Source: Candidatus Sumerlaeaceae bacterium (lineage in GTDB: Bacteria; Sumerlaeota; Sumerlaeia; Sumerlaeales; Sumerlaeaceae). Taken from it: DNA of 64,000 nucleotides. Location of the stretch: contig JBPCLP010000047.1 in assembly GCA_051003195.1 (NCBI GenBank), forward strand, positions 128,001 through 192,000, in the 5' to 3' direction. Below, piece by piece: positions 1-9,808 of this stretch. A model generated the notes under the pieces. That model made no database searches and was not told the DNA's origin. It saw nothing but the letters and a program-made list of their open reading frames with translations. Positions within the stretch are counted from its first letter, which is position 1. Each line of letters opens with the position of its first letter. The position numbers and the translations under genes are program-made.

Positions 1-405
1 TTCCGGGTCAATGAAATGGCTCACCAGCATCCCGGCCGATTTCATCCGCTGTGTCGCCTCACGAATGCGGTTCACGTTTCCTGCCACATCGAGCCCGCCT
101 TCAGTCGTTACCTCCGTGCGTTTCTCCGGGACAAACATGACCATGTAAGGACGAATCTGCTCGGCAATTCCCAGCATCTCGTCCGTAGCCGCCAGTTCCA
201 GGTTCAGGTTGGTACGCACCGTCTCTTTAAGGCGCCTCACGTCAGCATCCTGGATGTGCCGCCTGTCTTCCCGCAGGTGACACGTAATCCCTGCGGCCCC
301 GCCGAGTTCCGCCAGTATAGCTGCAGCAACCGGATCCGGCTCCGCGATTCGCCGCGCCTGCCGGACAGTTGCCACGTGGTCGATGTTTACGCAAAGTTTA
401 GCCAT
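1..405 (-). CDS. pdxJ: Pyridoxine 5'-phosphate synthase (partial; 3' end lies outside the window)
   Basis: Not in the ORF track. Manual translation from the ATG at 405 gives [56 protein letters not shown], the PdxJ N-terminal signature. Confidence 0.93.
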   Translation of the reverse strand, partial: MAKLCVNIDHVATVRQARRIAEPDPVAAAILAELGGAAGITCHLREDRRHIQDADVRRLKETVRTNLNLELAATDEMLGIAEQIRPYMVMFVPEKRTEVTTEGGLDVAGNVNRIREATQRMKSAGMLVSHFIDPE

Positions 406-489
406 GCAGATTCCCATGAAGGATCGAGCCCCGCGCGCAACAAATAAGCGCGCGCGGCTCCTCAGCTGCCACAGCGAACAATGCTGCCC

Positions 490-1329
490 CTAAATCTTCT
501 CCACCACACCGGTAATCAACTGAGTGAGGCGAGGTTCGGCTTCACCTGCCACTTTAATAATTTGTTCCAGGGTCGCCGCATGCAGCGCATCCGGCAGACA
601 CGCGTCTGTCACTGTCGACACCCCCAGCACGCGCATGCCGCCGTGCACCGCCACGATGACTTCCGGCACTGTTGACATCGTCACAATATCTGCCCCCATC
701 CGCTGGAACATACGATATTCCGCTGCGGTTTCCAGGTTCGGCCCGGTCACCGCCACCATAACCCCGCGATGCACGTTTGCGATTCTGCGCTCCAGCGCCA
801 CCGCCTCCGCCAACACAATCAGGTCGCGCGAGTAAGGCTCGCTCATATCCGGAAAGCGGGGACCCAGTTCCTCATCGTTCGGCCCGATCAGTGGGTTATC
901 GCCCATCAAGTTGATGTGATCGCGCGCGATTACCAGCGCGCCGGGCGGAATGAGCAAGTTCATGCTGCCCACGGCATTCATGACAATAAGAACATCACAG
1001 CCAAGCGCACGCATTACCCGCACCGGAAACGTAACCTGCTGCAGGCTGTACCCCTCGTAAAAATGGAAACGCCCCTGCATCATAAACACTGGCTTGCCGC
1101 CAAATTGTCCAAGGTGGAGGCGACCCGCGTGCGATTCCACCGTTGAGACAGGGAAGTGCGGAATCTCGCGGTAATCGATCACCGTCGCGTCCTTCACCTC
1201 CTTCGACAGCGCCCCCATGCCCGTGCCCAGGATAATCCCGATCTGCGGCGCAATGGATGTTTTCCCACGGATAAACTCCGCGGCTTCGTTGATCTTGTGT
1301 CGCAGAGCGTTGGCTGGCGGTGCGGTCAT
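490..1329 (-). CDS. punA: Purine-nucleoside phosphorylase (trimeric PNP/XapA type)
   Basis: Motifs IILGTGMG, MQGRFHFYEGY, RFPDMS, GPNLET, MSTVPE. Confidence 0.92.
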   Translation of the reverse strand: MTAPPANALRHKINEAAEFIRGKTSIAPQIGIILGTGMGALSKEVKDATVIDYREIPHFPVSTVESHAGRLHLGQFGGKPVFMMQGRFHFYEGYSLQQVTFPVRVMRALGCDVLIVMNAVGSMNLLIPPGALVIARDHINLMGDNPLIGPNDEELGPRFPDMSEPYSRDLIVLAEAVALERRIANVHRGVMVAVTGPNLETAAEYRMFQRMGADIVTMSTVPEVIVAVHGGMRVLGVSTVTDACLPDALHAATLEQIIKVAGEAEPRLTQLITGVVEKI

Positions 1330-1476
1330 TCGATTTCCTGTTTCAGAGGCTGTGCCGTATACATTGCACGCCCGACCGGTTTAGGCACACCCGCCCTCGT
1401 GTGCAAGCCTCTTGTCACACATAATTCTGAACCGTCGAATGAACGCCGTCATCGCGAACCAGTAGTCTTACGTCTG

Positions 1477-2634
1477 ATGTTCGTGCGCTTGATGTTTTTG
1501 TTTCTCTGCCTTGCGGGGCCTTGTTATGCAGCCGGACCGGTCATGGAGATGACGTTCACGACCCAGCTCCCCCCGGACCCCGCGCTCTACGATGCCCCTG
1601 CAACCACCACAAAAGAGTGCACGATATACTGCTCGCCCCTGCTGCTTCGCTGGCAGGCGCCTTCAGCGGGAGTCACCACCACAACCGGGCTGATTGTCGT
1701 TTGTCCCGGCGGAAACCCGATCAATGATTGCTCGCGGCCCGCGCAGTACGGTGATCCCGCATGGCCCGATACAAAGAATGTGGTCATGTGCAGCGTCTTC
1801 TACCGCAACCAGGCTTTCTCTGCGCCATACGATTTCGGAAAACTGCAAATGGGAGACACGCTGCGCGGCATTGGCAGGCTGCTGGAGATTTACCCGCAGC
1901 TGGATCGCAGACGGCTTTATCTTTTTGGTGCCAGCACCGGCGGTCACGTGTCATTGCAACTGCTTCAGAGCGCGCGCCACCTCTGGGCCGAGGTGCACGT
2001 CCACTGCGCCCCGACTCTCATTACGACGCGCGCCGAAGCCCAGGCCAAATATCCGGCTGATAGCTTCGGCGACGGCTTGAACGATGCGCTTAAATTTCCT
2101 GAGCAGCAGGGAACACTATCGCTCGACCAGTGGAATCGCTTCCAGGCCGAGCGTGCATTGCGGGGTCCGCAGAATAGCATGAAGTTCGACCTTCCCGCCA
2201 GATCCAACGGAGAATATCCGTACGTGTGGGCAATGTACGGCACGCTGGATCAGATTGTGGACATCCAGCATTACCGGGATCTGCTCGCCATTGTGAAGTC
2301 CGGCACCGGCACAAGCGGCGCACAGGCTACTGTCGTCGGCGGTGAACGCTGGCAAATGCGCAACTGGACACTCTACACGGTCGAAGGCGGTTACCACGAT
2401 TACGTCGGTGCCAACGCAAACATCAGCTCCTACATGAAAGCCACGAACTACCGTATCCCCGATGCATTTAGTCGCTTGCGGCCAACCGCACCCTTGCTTT
2501 CAGTAGACTACGCATTCCCGATTCAATTCGGCTGGAGGTTCCACGTGCAGGGCGCTCTCACCTCCGCGACCGTGACAACAGAAGGACCATTCACCGCCGC
2601 CGACACCGATTGGATGCACCCGGAACTCGAGTAA
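1477..2634 (+). CDS. Secreted alpha/beta-hydrolase-fold protein (S9/DUF2920-like)
   Basis: Start moved to ATG 1477, which gives a signal peptide (MFVRLMFLFLCLAGPCYA). Nucleophile elbow GASTGG; GTLDQIV and GGYH as candidate Asp/His; C-terminal tail TAADTDWMHPELE. Confidence 0.65.
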   Translation: MFVRLMFLFLCLAGPCYAAGPVMEMTFTTQLPPDPALYDAPATTTKECTIYCSPLLLRWQAPSAGVTTTTGLIVVCPGGNPINDCSRPAQYGDPAWPDTKNVVMCSVFYRNQAFSAPYDFGKLQMGDTLRGIGRLLEIYPQLDRRRLYLFGASTGGHVSLQLLQSARHLWAEVHVHCAPTLITTRAEAQAKYPADSFGDGLNDALKFPEQQGTLSLDQWNRFQAERALRGPQNSMKFDLPARSNGEYPYVWAMYGTLDQIVDIQHYRDLLAIVKSGTGTSGAQATVVGGERWQMRNWTLYTVEGGYHDYVGANANISSYMKATNYRIPDAFSRLRPTAPLLSVDYAFPIQFGWRFHVQGALTSATVTTEGPFTAADTDWMHPELE

Positions 2635-2680
2635 TCCGCTGCGCCCTGCATCGCACTTTAACGCATTGCATTGCACTACG

Positions 2681-3370
2681 CTACAGCCGCGAAGGCCGTT
2701 CTTGCTCCGGTTGAAGTGCCGCCGCTGTCAATAGCACCACCAGGCATAAGAGCGTAGTCGCCGCAACCAGCATCAAAGCTTCACGGTCCCGTCCGGCATT
2801 CACACGATCGTAAATTGCCAGTGCCGCCGTCTGCGTGCGACCAGGCAGGTTGCCCGCCACCATCAGTGTAGCACCAAAATCCCCCAGCGCGCGCGAAAAC
2901 GCAATAGCTGCTGCGGCCACTAGCGGTAACCGCACCAGCGGCAGATAAATATGGGCAAACAGCGGTAGACCCTCGGCGCCATCCAGCCGCGCGGCCTCGA
3001 GCACATCTTTGTCCGTAGCCGCAAATGCCGCCGCCAGCTGCCGGGCGACAATCGGTATCGCCGACGCGCACGACGCCAGGATCGCCGCTTTCAGCGTGAA
3101 CACGAGCGGCTCCCCGGTAAACTGCTCCCAAAGCTGTCCCACCGGGCTGCGCCGGCCCAGCGCTACCAGCAGGAAATACCCGAGTACCGTCGGGGGGAGT
3201 GCCAGGGGAAGCAATACAAGCGCGCTCAGCCACCGCCGCATCGACCCACCCAGCTGCGCAATCCAGTATCCCAATAAAGTGCCAATCGCCAGCGAGATGA
3301 TAGTCGCCGCTAGCCCTACCTCCAGCGACAGCCACAGCGGCCGCCAGTCCATCTGTGAAATCTCAGTCAC
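2681..3370 (-). CDS. modB: Molybdate ABC transporter permease
   Basis: LPLALPPTVLGYFLL, EAARLDGA (EAA loop), FSRALGDFGATLMVAGNLPGRTQT. Confidence 0.92.
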   Translation of the reverse strand: MTEISQMDWRPLWLSLEVGLAATIISLAIGTLLGYWIAQLGGSMRRWLSALVLLPLALPPTVLGYFLLVALGRRSPVGQLWEQFTGEPLVFTLKAAILASCASAIPIVARQLAAAFAATDKDVLEAARLDGAEGLPLFAHIYLPLVRLPLVAAAAIAFSRALGDFGATLMVAGNLPGRTQTAALAIYDRVNAGRDREALMLVAATTLLCLVVLLTAAALQPEQERPSRL

Positions 3371-3540
3371 CCACCCATTCCGGTCCTGACACTGGAAAGT
3401 GGAAAGGAGAAAGTGCGCTGCCTGACAGGCACTCTCGCCCGCCTGAGTTTAAACCACCCCCGCCTGCTTCGCAAGCGGCCCCGCCGGGTCCACCCCCGCA
3501 GTAGGCTGGCCCCTCAGCCCGGCTCGTTCAGTCCCGCCAG

Positions 3541-4641
3541 CTATCCTTTCGGCTGCTGCTGCGTCATGCAGTGCAGCGTACCAAGTCCCCATACCAGCTC
3601 GAGGCAATGAATGCCCACCACACGCCGCTTCGGAAACATTCCCTGCAACGTCGCCAATGCAACCCGGTCACTCTTGTCATTAAACGTAGGAACAAGCACC
3701 GAGCCATTCGTAATATAAAAGTTCGCATAGCTGGCGGGCAGTCGCTGGCCCTCAAAAATCACCGGTTCCGGCATCGGAAGCGTCACAATTCGAAACGGCC
3801 GCCCCTTCAAATCGCGCATTTTTTGTAACAGCGCAAGGTTCTCCTTAAGCGGATCATGGTTCACGTCTGATTTATCGGGCTCGCTCACGATGGCGATTGT
3901 CGATGCATCGGTAAAGCGAGCCAGGTCGTCTACATGCCCGTGAGTGTCGTCACCCGCAATACCATTACGGAGCCATAGAACTTTCTGGATGCCGAGATAA
4001 TCGGCCATGCTGTTCTCAATCTGCTGCCGCGACATTCCCGCGTTCCGTTGCTGCACCTCGCTCAGCAGGCATTCCTCGGTCGTGAGCAGTAGGCCGCTTC
4101 CATTCACATCGATGCTGCCGCCCTCCAAGACGATGCGCCGCTCAGGGTCACCGCTGACCGGCTTCCATTGATCAACCTTCAGCTTACGCGCGAGCTGATC
4201 CGGCACTGCATCATCGCGTTTCCAGTCATCGTACTTTGCCCAGGCGTTGAAATGCCAGTTGGTCATCCCCACCGAGCGACTTCCACCTCGACCATCTTTC
4301 ACAACGAAGATGGGCCCAAAATCCCGCACCCACACGCGATCGGTCTCAATCGTGAAGAATCGAACCAGCTTCAGGTCTACACCCATTTTGACCAGCAGAC
4401 GCCGCGCTTTGTCCTCTGCGTCACGGTCAATCAGGATGTGCACCATTTCGTCGCGCGTAATCTGCCGGACAATCCCGGCATACACCCACGGTATCGGCGC
4501 AAAGCGACCCGGCCAGTCCTTTACGTTATGCGGCCACGCAATCCATGTTGCCTGGTGCGGTTCCCATTCCGCCGGCATACGGTATCCGAGCCTCCCCGGC
4601 AGCTCAACCTCAGCCGGGCGCTTCACCTTCGCCGACCCCAT
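3541..4641 (-). CDS. aguA: Agmatine deiminase (PAD_porph family)
   Basis: RMPAEWEPH, WVRDFGP, EGGSIDVNG, DDTHGHVD, SYANFY, GTLHCMTQQQP. Confidence 0.88.
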   Translation of the reverse strand: MGSAKVKRPAEVELPGRLGYRMPAEWEPHQATWIAWPHNVKDWPGRFAPIPWVYAGIVRQITRDEMVHILIDRDAEDKARRLLVKMGVDLKLVRFFTIETDRVWVRDFGPIFVVKDGRGGSRSVGMTNWHFNAWAKYDDWKRDDAVPDQLARKLKVDQWKPVSGDPERRIVLEGGSIDVNGSGLLLTTEECLLSEVQQRNAGMSRQQIENSMADYLGIQKVLWLRNGIAGDDTHGHVDDLARFTDASTIAIVSEPDKSDVNHDPLKENLALLQKMRDLKGRPFRIVTLPMPEPVIFEGQRLPASYANFYITNGSVLVPTFNDKSDRVALATLQGMFPKRRVVGIHCLELVWGLGTLHCMTQQQPKG

Positions 4642-6008
4642 CAGCGCTTCGCAGCTTTTTTCTGCTCACACTCCATGTTACGAATGACCAGCCCCGTAAT
4701 GATCTTCGGATGAAAGTACGTGCTCTTGTGCGGCATCCTGATGCCCGCGCTCACAATTCGCATCACTTCTTCAAGCGGGCTGGCGTTCAGCAGGAAACCC
4801 AGTGCCGCCTTCTTCTGCTTCAGCAGTTCCAGCACGCGCATCGCATCACGAATGTAATAGCATTCATCGTCATCCAGCTCAAACTCCGGGTTGCCGGCCA
4901 TCACATAGTTGATGATATAGTAATGAAGAATCGCGACATCGATGTTTTTCACCCTGTCGTCGATGTCTTCCTCATCAATCATCTCGGTCGGGTTTACACC
5001 CTTCTTGAGCGTGACAAAAAAAACTGTTCCATCCCCGAGCACCATTGCAAAGCTGTGCGACTTCTTTCCTGCAGTCTGTAGTTTATCCAGCAGGCGTTTC
5101 GCTTCAGCCTCGGGCTTTTCCAGGTCTACCTTGTCCTTCGCGAGATCGAAGTTCTCCTTCAGTTCCTCAACGGCCTCACGCATGTCGACCTGGTTGAGGA
5201 AGCTGCGAGTCAGCGCACGATGCGTCGGCAGGATCACCAGTCCGTCCTGCTCGGCACTTGTGAGGAACATCATCATGTAGTCGAACGGCTGCTTGCCGTC
5301 CTTCTTGCCCGTCTCCTCGCGCATTTCGTCGCGGTACTTCAGCGCCGTTTCATACCTGTGGTGGCCATCTGCAATAAACAGTTGTCGTGATTTCAGCAGT
5401 TCGCGAAGCTCGATAAGGAAATCCTTTTTCTGGACCACCCAGAGCCGGTGCGTGACGGTATCGTCGTCTACCACTTCCTCCCATGGCTTTTCCGACATGC
5501 GCTGCGAGAGAAGTTTCAGCACTTCCTCATTGGGGTCGTTATAAAGAACAAATACCGGACTGAAATTCGCGTGAGTCGCGCGCAGTAGTTTCAAACGATC
5601 TACCTTCGGGCCTGACATCGTTGTCTCATGCGCCCGGATTGCGCCGCTCTTATAATCCTCCAGCTTTACCAGCGCGAAAAAGCCCCGCCGCTTTTTGACC
5701 TGACCGTCAGCTGTTTTAAACTGCTGCTCATATAAATAGAACGATGGGCGTTCATCTTCAATCAGGATGCCATCACTTCGCCATGTCCCGAGAGTGTTTG
5801 CCGCGCGCGTATATTTGTTCGAAAAACCGTCGTCGTCTCTTTCATCCCTTCCCAGTTCCATCCGGACAACGTTGTTGGGATGGCGCTGATGAAGTTCGTC
5901 CTGCAGTTCAGGAGAAATAATATCATACGGTGGGGCCAGCACCTTGCTCAGATTGCCGATAAGCTGCGAATTATAACGCATGCCAATGAAGGGAAGAATT
6001 TCGGCCAT
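4641..6008 (-). CDS. DUF1015 family protein
   Basis: APPYDIIS, HETT, FIADGHHRYETAL, LPTHR, MPHKSTYFHPK. Confidence 0.88.
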   Translation of the reverse strand: MAEILPFIGMRYNSQLIGNLSKVLAPPYDIISPELQDELHQRHPNNVVRMELGRDERDDDGFSNKYTRAANTLGTWRSDGILIEDERPSFYLYEQQFKTADGQVKKRRGFFALVKLEDYKSGAIRAHETTMSGPKVDRLKLLRATHANFSPVFVLYNDPNEEVLKLLSQRMSEKPWEEVVDDDTVTHRLWVVQKKDFLIELRELLKSRQLFIADGHHRYETALKYRDEMREETGKKDGKQPFDYMMMFLTSAEQDGLVILPTHRALTRSFLNQVDMREAVEELKENFDLAKDKVDLEKPEAEAKRLLDKLQTAGKKSHSFAMVLGDGTVFFVTLKKGVNPTEMIDEEDIDDRVKNIDVAILHYYIINYVMAGNPEFELDDDECYYIRDAMRVLELLKQKKAALGFLLNASPLEEVMRIVSAGIRMPHKSTYFHPKIITGLVIRNMECEQKKAAKR

Positions 6009-6100
6009 GACTAAAAATGGAAGCCTTTCAAACTGACTGTAAGCGACGTTTTGTGTGGGAGCACAGGTGTGTCAAAGCCGAAGTTCAAAACGCGACTTTT

Positions 6101-7447
6101 CTATCTTTGCGCAAGCACCTCGTTGGCATCAACAACGGCCTTTGACAGTACTTGATGTGCGTCGGATTTGCCGCGCGAAATTTCGCTCAGCGCCCAGCGC
6201 ACATGCGACTTGACGATCTCTGCATTGGGCAAAAGCTGGAGCGGATGCGACTGGTCAATCGCCTGGCGAACGACCGCGTATACCGTCTGCCCTCCAAAAT
6301 AAGAGGAGGGTTCGTCAAAAACAGCTTCATTCCAGGCCGTTATCTGTGGAGGCGGGCTGCCGACCCGGCGAAAATACGCCATGGCGAATTTATTGGTGCT
6401 CATATAGCGGGCGAGTTCGATGGCTCCGCGTTTGTTCGGGGCATTATATGGCATGGCCAGGCACGAACCGCCCACCCCGCACGACGGCAATTCCGGCGAT
6501 CTGCGAGGAAACAACGCCACCCGCCACTTGCCCGCCTGTTCTGGCGCCCTTTGCTCCAGCAGCTTGCCGTACCACGGCCCTGCGATATTGCCTGCCACCC
6601 GTCCCGATTTCACCAGGTCGAATGGATCACCCATCGTGCTTCGATTCCACATCTTCGCGGATCGATTGCCCAGCAGTTCGGCAAAAAAGCTGAAGGCCGC
6701 CTGCGACTCCGCCGAGTCGAACGTAGCCCGGGTCATCTCCTTATTAAACAGTACTCCGCCCGACGACGGCAGAAACGCCATGCGCAAAGGCACCGGGTCT
6801 TCCGGATCCAGGTAGAGCAGTTGCACGCTGCTGGGCAATGCGCCCTGCGCATTAAACAGTGCCTGGCCAAGCTTCGACAAGTCGCTCCACGTGGATGGGA
6901 AGGCTTTCATCCCCAGCGAGGCCATGACCGGGTCCACGATGTCGCTTCGATAAAACATCAGCATCATGTCCAGGTCCAGCGGAATGCCGTATTGTCGCAT
7001 CCGCCCTCGGCTGCCGGGTTGATCCTTAAAGACTTCCGGAAACTGGTATGTCCCAAGCGCAGACGGAAAGAACTGCTTGAAAAAATCAGGCGGGAAATGA
7101 TTGTCGAAAGGCTCCAGCGCTCCATTGTTCGCCAGGCCTCCCGTCCATTCCGAGCTCCCCACAATCAGGTCGGGTACGTTGCTGTTCGCGGCCACTGCCC
7201 ACAGCGTCTTCTCCTGCAGGCTATTCCACGCCACCGTCTGTATTTCGACGCGGTACTCAGGGTGCTGGTTCTCGAAATCGGCTTTCAGCTCCTCCATGGT
7301 CTGCGCGGGAGTCGAAGCAGCCCAGAAATGGATCGCTTCAGGACCCGCTGCGTTTTCAGTGGCAAAATAGCTCGAACGCTCGGTGACGAAAAAAAAGATG
7401 AGCGCAAACACCAGCGCGGCTATCGGCAGGACCCGGTTCATTGCCAC
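6101..7447 (-). CDS. Carbohydrate ABC transporter substrate-binding protein
   Basis: N-terminal hydrophobic segment; family-1 SBP motifs (FENQHP, PDLIV, YGIP, MFYRSD, AGPW, GKWRVA). Confidence 0.82.
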   Translation of the reverse strand: MAMNRVLPIAALVFALIFFFVTERSSYFATENAAGPEAIHFWAASTPAQTMEELKADFENQHPEYRVEIQTVAWNSLQEKTLWAVAANSNVPDLIVGSSEWTGGLANNGALEPFDNHFPPDFFKQFFPSALGTYQFPEVFKDQPGSRGRMRQYGIPLDLDMMLMFYRSDIVDPVMASLGMKAFPSTWSDLSKLGQALFNAQGALPSSVQLLYLDPEDPVPLRMAFLPSSGGVLFNKEMTRATFDSAESQAAFSFFAELLGNRSAKMWNRSTMGDPFDLVKSGRVAGNIAGPWYGKLLEQRAPEQAGKWRVALFPRRSPELPSCGVGGSCLAMPYNAPNKRGAIELARYMSTNKFAMAYFRRVGSPPPQITAWNEAVFDEPSSYFGGQTVYAVVRQAIDQSHPLQLLPNAEIVKSHVRWALSEISRGKSDAHQVLSKAVVDANEVLAQR

Positions 7448-7482
7448 CCGAACTGCGACCTGCCGGACGGCAATGCAAAAGA

Positions 7483-8961
7483 TTACTGAGTCGGGTCGAC
7501 ACGCTCGCGATCAAGCCCTTCAAGTTTCACCCGGATATCGTGTAGTGTTTCTTCCGAGTAGTACCTGGCAAGCTCTGGCGACAGGCACCTGCGATACGCC
7601 GTACCTGCCGCCGCGCGTTGCGCTGGGTCTTCGAACAAAAGCTCCGCAAGTCGAAGCTGCGCTTCTGCGGCCACGTTGGAAGCAGGCAGGCTGGCCTTTG
7701 CCCGGTATAGGCGTATGGCCGCGGTTGTATCGCCACGCATGCGATCGCGCTCAGCGCCCTCGTTGCCGCTATTGCGAATCCCCGCAGTGCCAGCGGTTCT
7801 TCCCTGCGCTTGCGCTGCTGCCGGGGCCTGCGCCATCACAGCCTTAGGAACACGGGGCGGTGCTGCCGAACTCGCAGGCACCTCCTTATCCATCGCGAAT
7901 GTCGCCGCTGGCGCGAGTGCGCGTGTCGCCGGCTGCTTCGCAAGGACAGCATCGGCTGCCGCGACCACTTTCAGCTCGTCCTCTTTCAGTTGAGTAGTGC
8001 CCGCAACCGCGCTCTCGACTTTTTTCCGGGCCTGCTGGGCGGGCGCATCCGATGCGGCGGGTTTCGCTAGTGCATCCGACGGTGGCGGATTCTGCATGCT
8101 CCATGTCGCCTGCGGTGCCGACGCACGGAAAGTAGGCTCTCGCGGACTTGCGTGAAAACGCACGTCCGATTGCGGAGTCGCCGAAGCCGCCCTCGTCTCA
8201 AAAAACTGCAGTGTCTGCGCCTTCTCCGGCACCGCGCCCGCCTTCGAGTCTGGTGTCGTAGCCTGGTCCTTTTCCACGGTTGTCGCGCCTGCTCCGGCGG
8301 TTTCAGCCAGTCCTGATTGTACCGCATCATCTCTCAACTCCGCAGCAGCCCTCGGTGCAGCAGCCGCCGGTGCAGGTGCCTCATCGCGCGTGCGCTTCAG
8401 CCTCACGGCACTCAAATCCTCGCTCTCGACCAGAGCCGGCGCAGGAACGGGCATAGCTGGCGACTCAGGCAATTGCATCTCCACCGCCTTGCCGGCATCA
8501 GTCGATAAACTCTCGCTGACGCGATCGACTCTTGCCTGCTTAAAACCTTCCGCTGGTGGTGCCACAACAGTTGCGATGCGCCGGTTCTTGATCGTCGCCT
8601 GCGGTGAACGCTGGACGTACAGCATCGCACCCGTTCCCAATGCCAGCAAAAGCGCAGCGGCAATACCCCACGTGTGTGTCGACCACGCGCTCCAGTGCAC
8701 CGCAGGCGCGTCGATCCTTAGCCGGGCCGCCGCCGAAAGCTGCTTAAAATCCACGCTTTCCGCCCTCGTCTCCCGCGTCCCTGCCGCCAGCGACTTCAAC
8801 AGCGAGCCCAGTTGCTCGTCGGCCTGCAACTCTGCCGCGCACTCTTCGCACGCAGCGAGGTGCTCCGACACCCCAGCGCGCACATCCTCTCGCAGCACAT
8901 CGCGCCGATAATCGTCGAGATACTCGCGGCACGTTTCGCAGTTTAGAAGAGCGTCGCTCAT
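7483..8961 (-). CDS. Zinc-binding (zf-HC2) transmembrane anti-sigma factor with long Ala/Pro-rich region and TPR-like C-terminus
   Basis: HLAACEEC (HxxxCxxC) motif, one TM helix, 4-nt overlap with the stop of the ECF sigma gene. Confidence 0.82.
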   Translation of the reverse strand: MSDALLNCETCREYLDDYRRDVLREDVRAGVSEHLAACEECAAELQADEQLGSLLKSLAAGTRETRAESVDFKQLSAAARLRIDAPAVHWSAWSTHTWGIAAALLLALGTGAMLYVQRSPQATIKNRRIATVVAPPAEGFKQARVDRVSESLSTDAGKAVEMQLPESPAMPVPAPALVESEDLSAVRLKRTRDEAPAPAAAAPRAAAELRDDAVQSGLAETAGAGATTVEKDQATTPDSKAGAVPEKAQTLQFFETRAASATPQSDVRFHASPREPTFRASAPQATWSMQNPPPSDALAKPAASDAPAQQARKKVESAVAGTTQLKEDELKVVAAADAVLAKQPATRALAPAATFAMDKEVPASSAAPPRVPKAVMAQAPAAAQAQGRTAGTAGIRNSGNEGAERDRMRGDTTAAIRLYRAKASLPASNVAAEAQLRLAELLFEDPAQRAAAGTAYRRCLSPELARYYSEETLHDIRVKLEGLDRERVDPTQ

Positions 8962-9560
8962 TTCGAAGTCGCTTCCGCCTGGAAATACAGCGGCTCGATC
9001 TGCGTCAGTACCGTCCGCAGCTTTTTACGTGCCTCGAACAGGTTGAACTTCACGACTCCTTCTGAGCACTCCAGCAACTCCGCGATATCCCGCACCGACA
9101 TCATCTCGACCTCATAGAGCAGGATCGCTGTCTTCTGTTTCGGCGGCAGGCTGTCGATCGCCGTGTTCAGGTGTTTCTGCAATTCATGATGCGCTGTAAC
9201 CTCACGAGGAGAATCTGCCTCCTGCACAAACATCGGCCGGGCCTCGGTACCGGGCGCCACCACATCTTCCATCGAAACAACCCGCGCCGAGCGGCTCGCC
9301 CGCTGCGTGTTGCACTGGTTTACCGCCATCCTCATAATCCACCCCGCGAACTTGGAGAGGTCCCGCAGTTTCGGCAGCGATCTATACACCCGCACGAGGC
9401 ACTCCTGGTGAATATCGGCCGCATCCTCATGGTTGCGCAGGATCGAGAGCACGAATGCGTACAGATCGTCCTGGATTGCCATGCACAGCGAATCGAACGC
9501 ATCCATGTCGCCCGCCTGGCATCTGGCCAGCAGCTCCACCGGCACAGCATCAAAACGCAT
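8958..9560 (-). CDS. ECF (sigma-70 group 4) RNA polymerase sigma factor
   Basis: Region 2 (DAADIHQE..FAGWIMRMAVN) and region 4 (LPPKQKTAILL..SVRDIAELLECSEGVVK). Confidence 0.93.
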   Translation of the reverse strand: MRFDAVPVELLARCQAGDMDAFDSLCMAIQDDLYAFVLSILRNHEDAADIHQECLVRVYRSLPKLRDLSKFAGWIMRMAVNQCNTQRASRSARVVSMEDVVAPGTEARPMFVQEADSPREVTAHHELQKHLNTAIDSLPPKQKTAILLYEVEMMSVRDIAELLECSEGVVKFNLFEARKKLRTVLTQIEPLYFQAEATSK

Positions 9561-9808
9561 CCGCTAACGCCCAGCCCGGCATTGGGAAGAAATTCTCGCA
9601 TCACCCGATATGACCGCACTAACGGCGGTTAGGTTTGGTTTGTGCCCGTTCATTTTCCCGCTCCCAGCACGCGGACCCAACATCGGCAACGCAAGCACAT
9701 CAACGCCCCGTGCAAGCCGCAAACCTCACCCTGACAGTCCTGATCACTGCCATTACGTCCATCGAACCACCACCGCCACGCAAGCGGTCACCACCCGCTA
9801 AGGCGCCT

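Noticed and set aside
16..447. Plus-strand 143-aa ORF in the track
   Set aside because: It is an antisense shadow of pdxJ, which is clearly encoded on the minus strand.
1156..1476. N-terminal 107 codons of the 492-aa ORF
   Set aside because: They overlap the divergent PNP gene, and the signal peptide begins at ATG 1477.
3391..3420. Moco riboswitch upstream of modB (GGAAAGGAG motif)
   Set aside because: The motif is on the strand opposite modB, and I could not identify the other conserved elements.
6152..7489. 445-aa plus-strand ORF, and similar long antisense ORFs (57201-58430, 55918-56919, 46832-47734)
   Set aside because: They fully overlap well-supported genes on the opposite strand and show no motifs; this is typical of GC-rich DNA.
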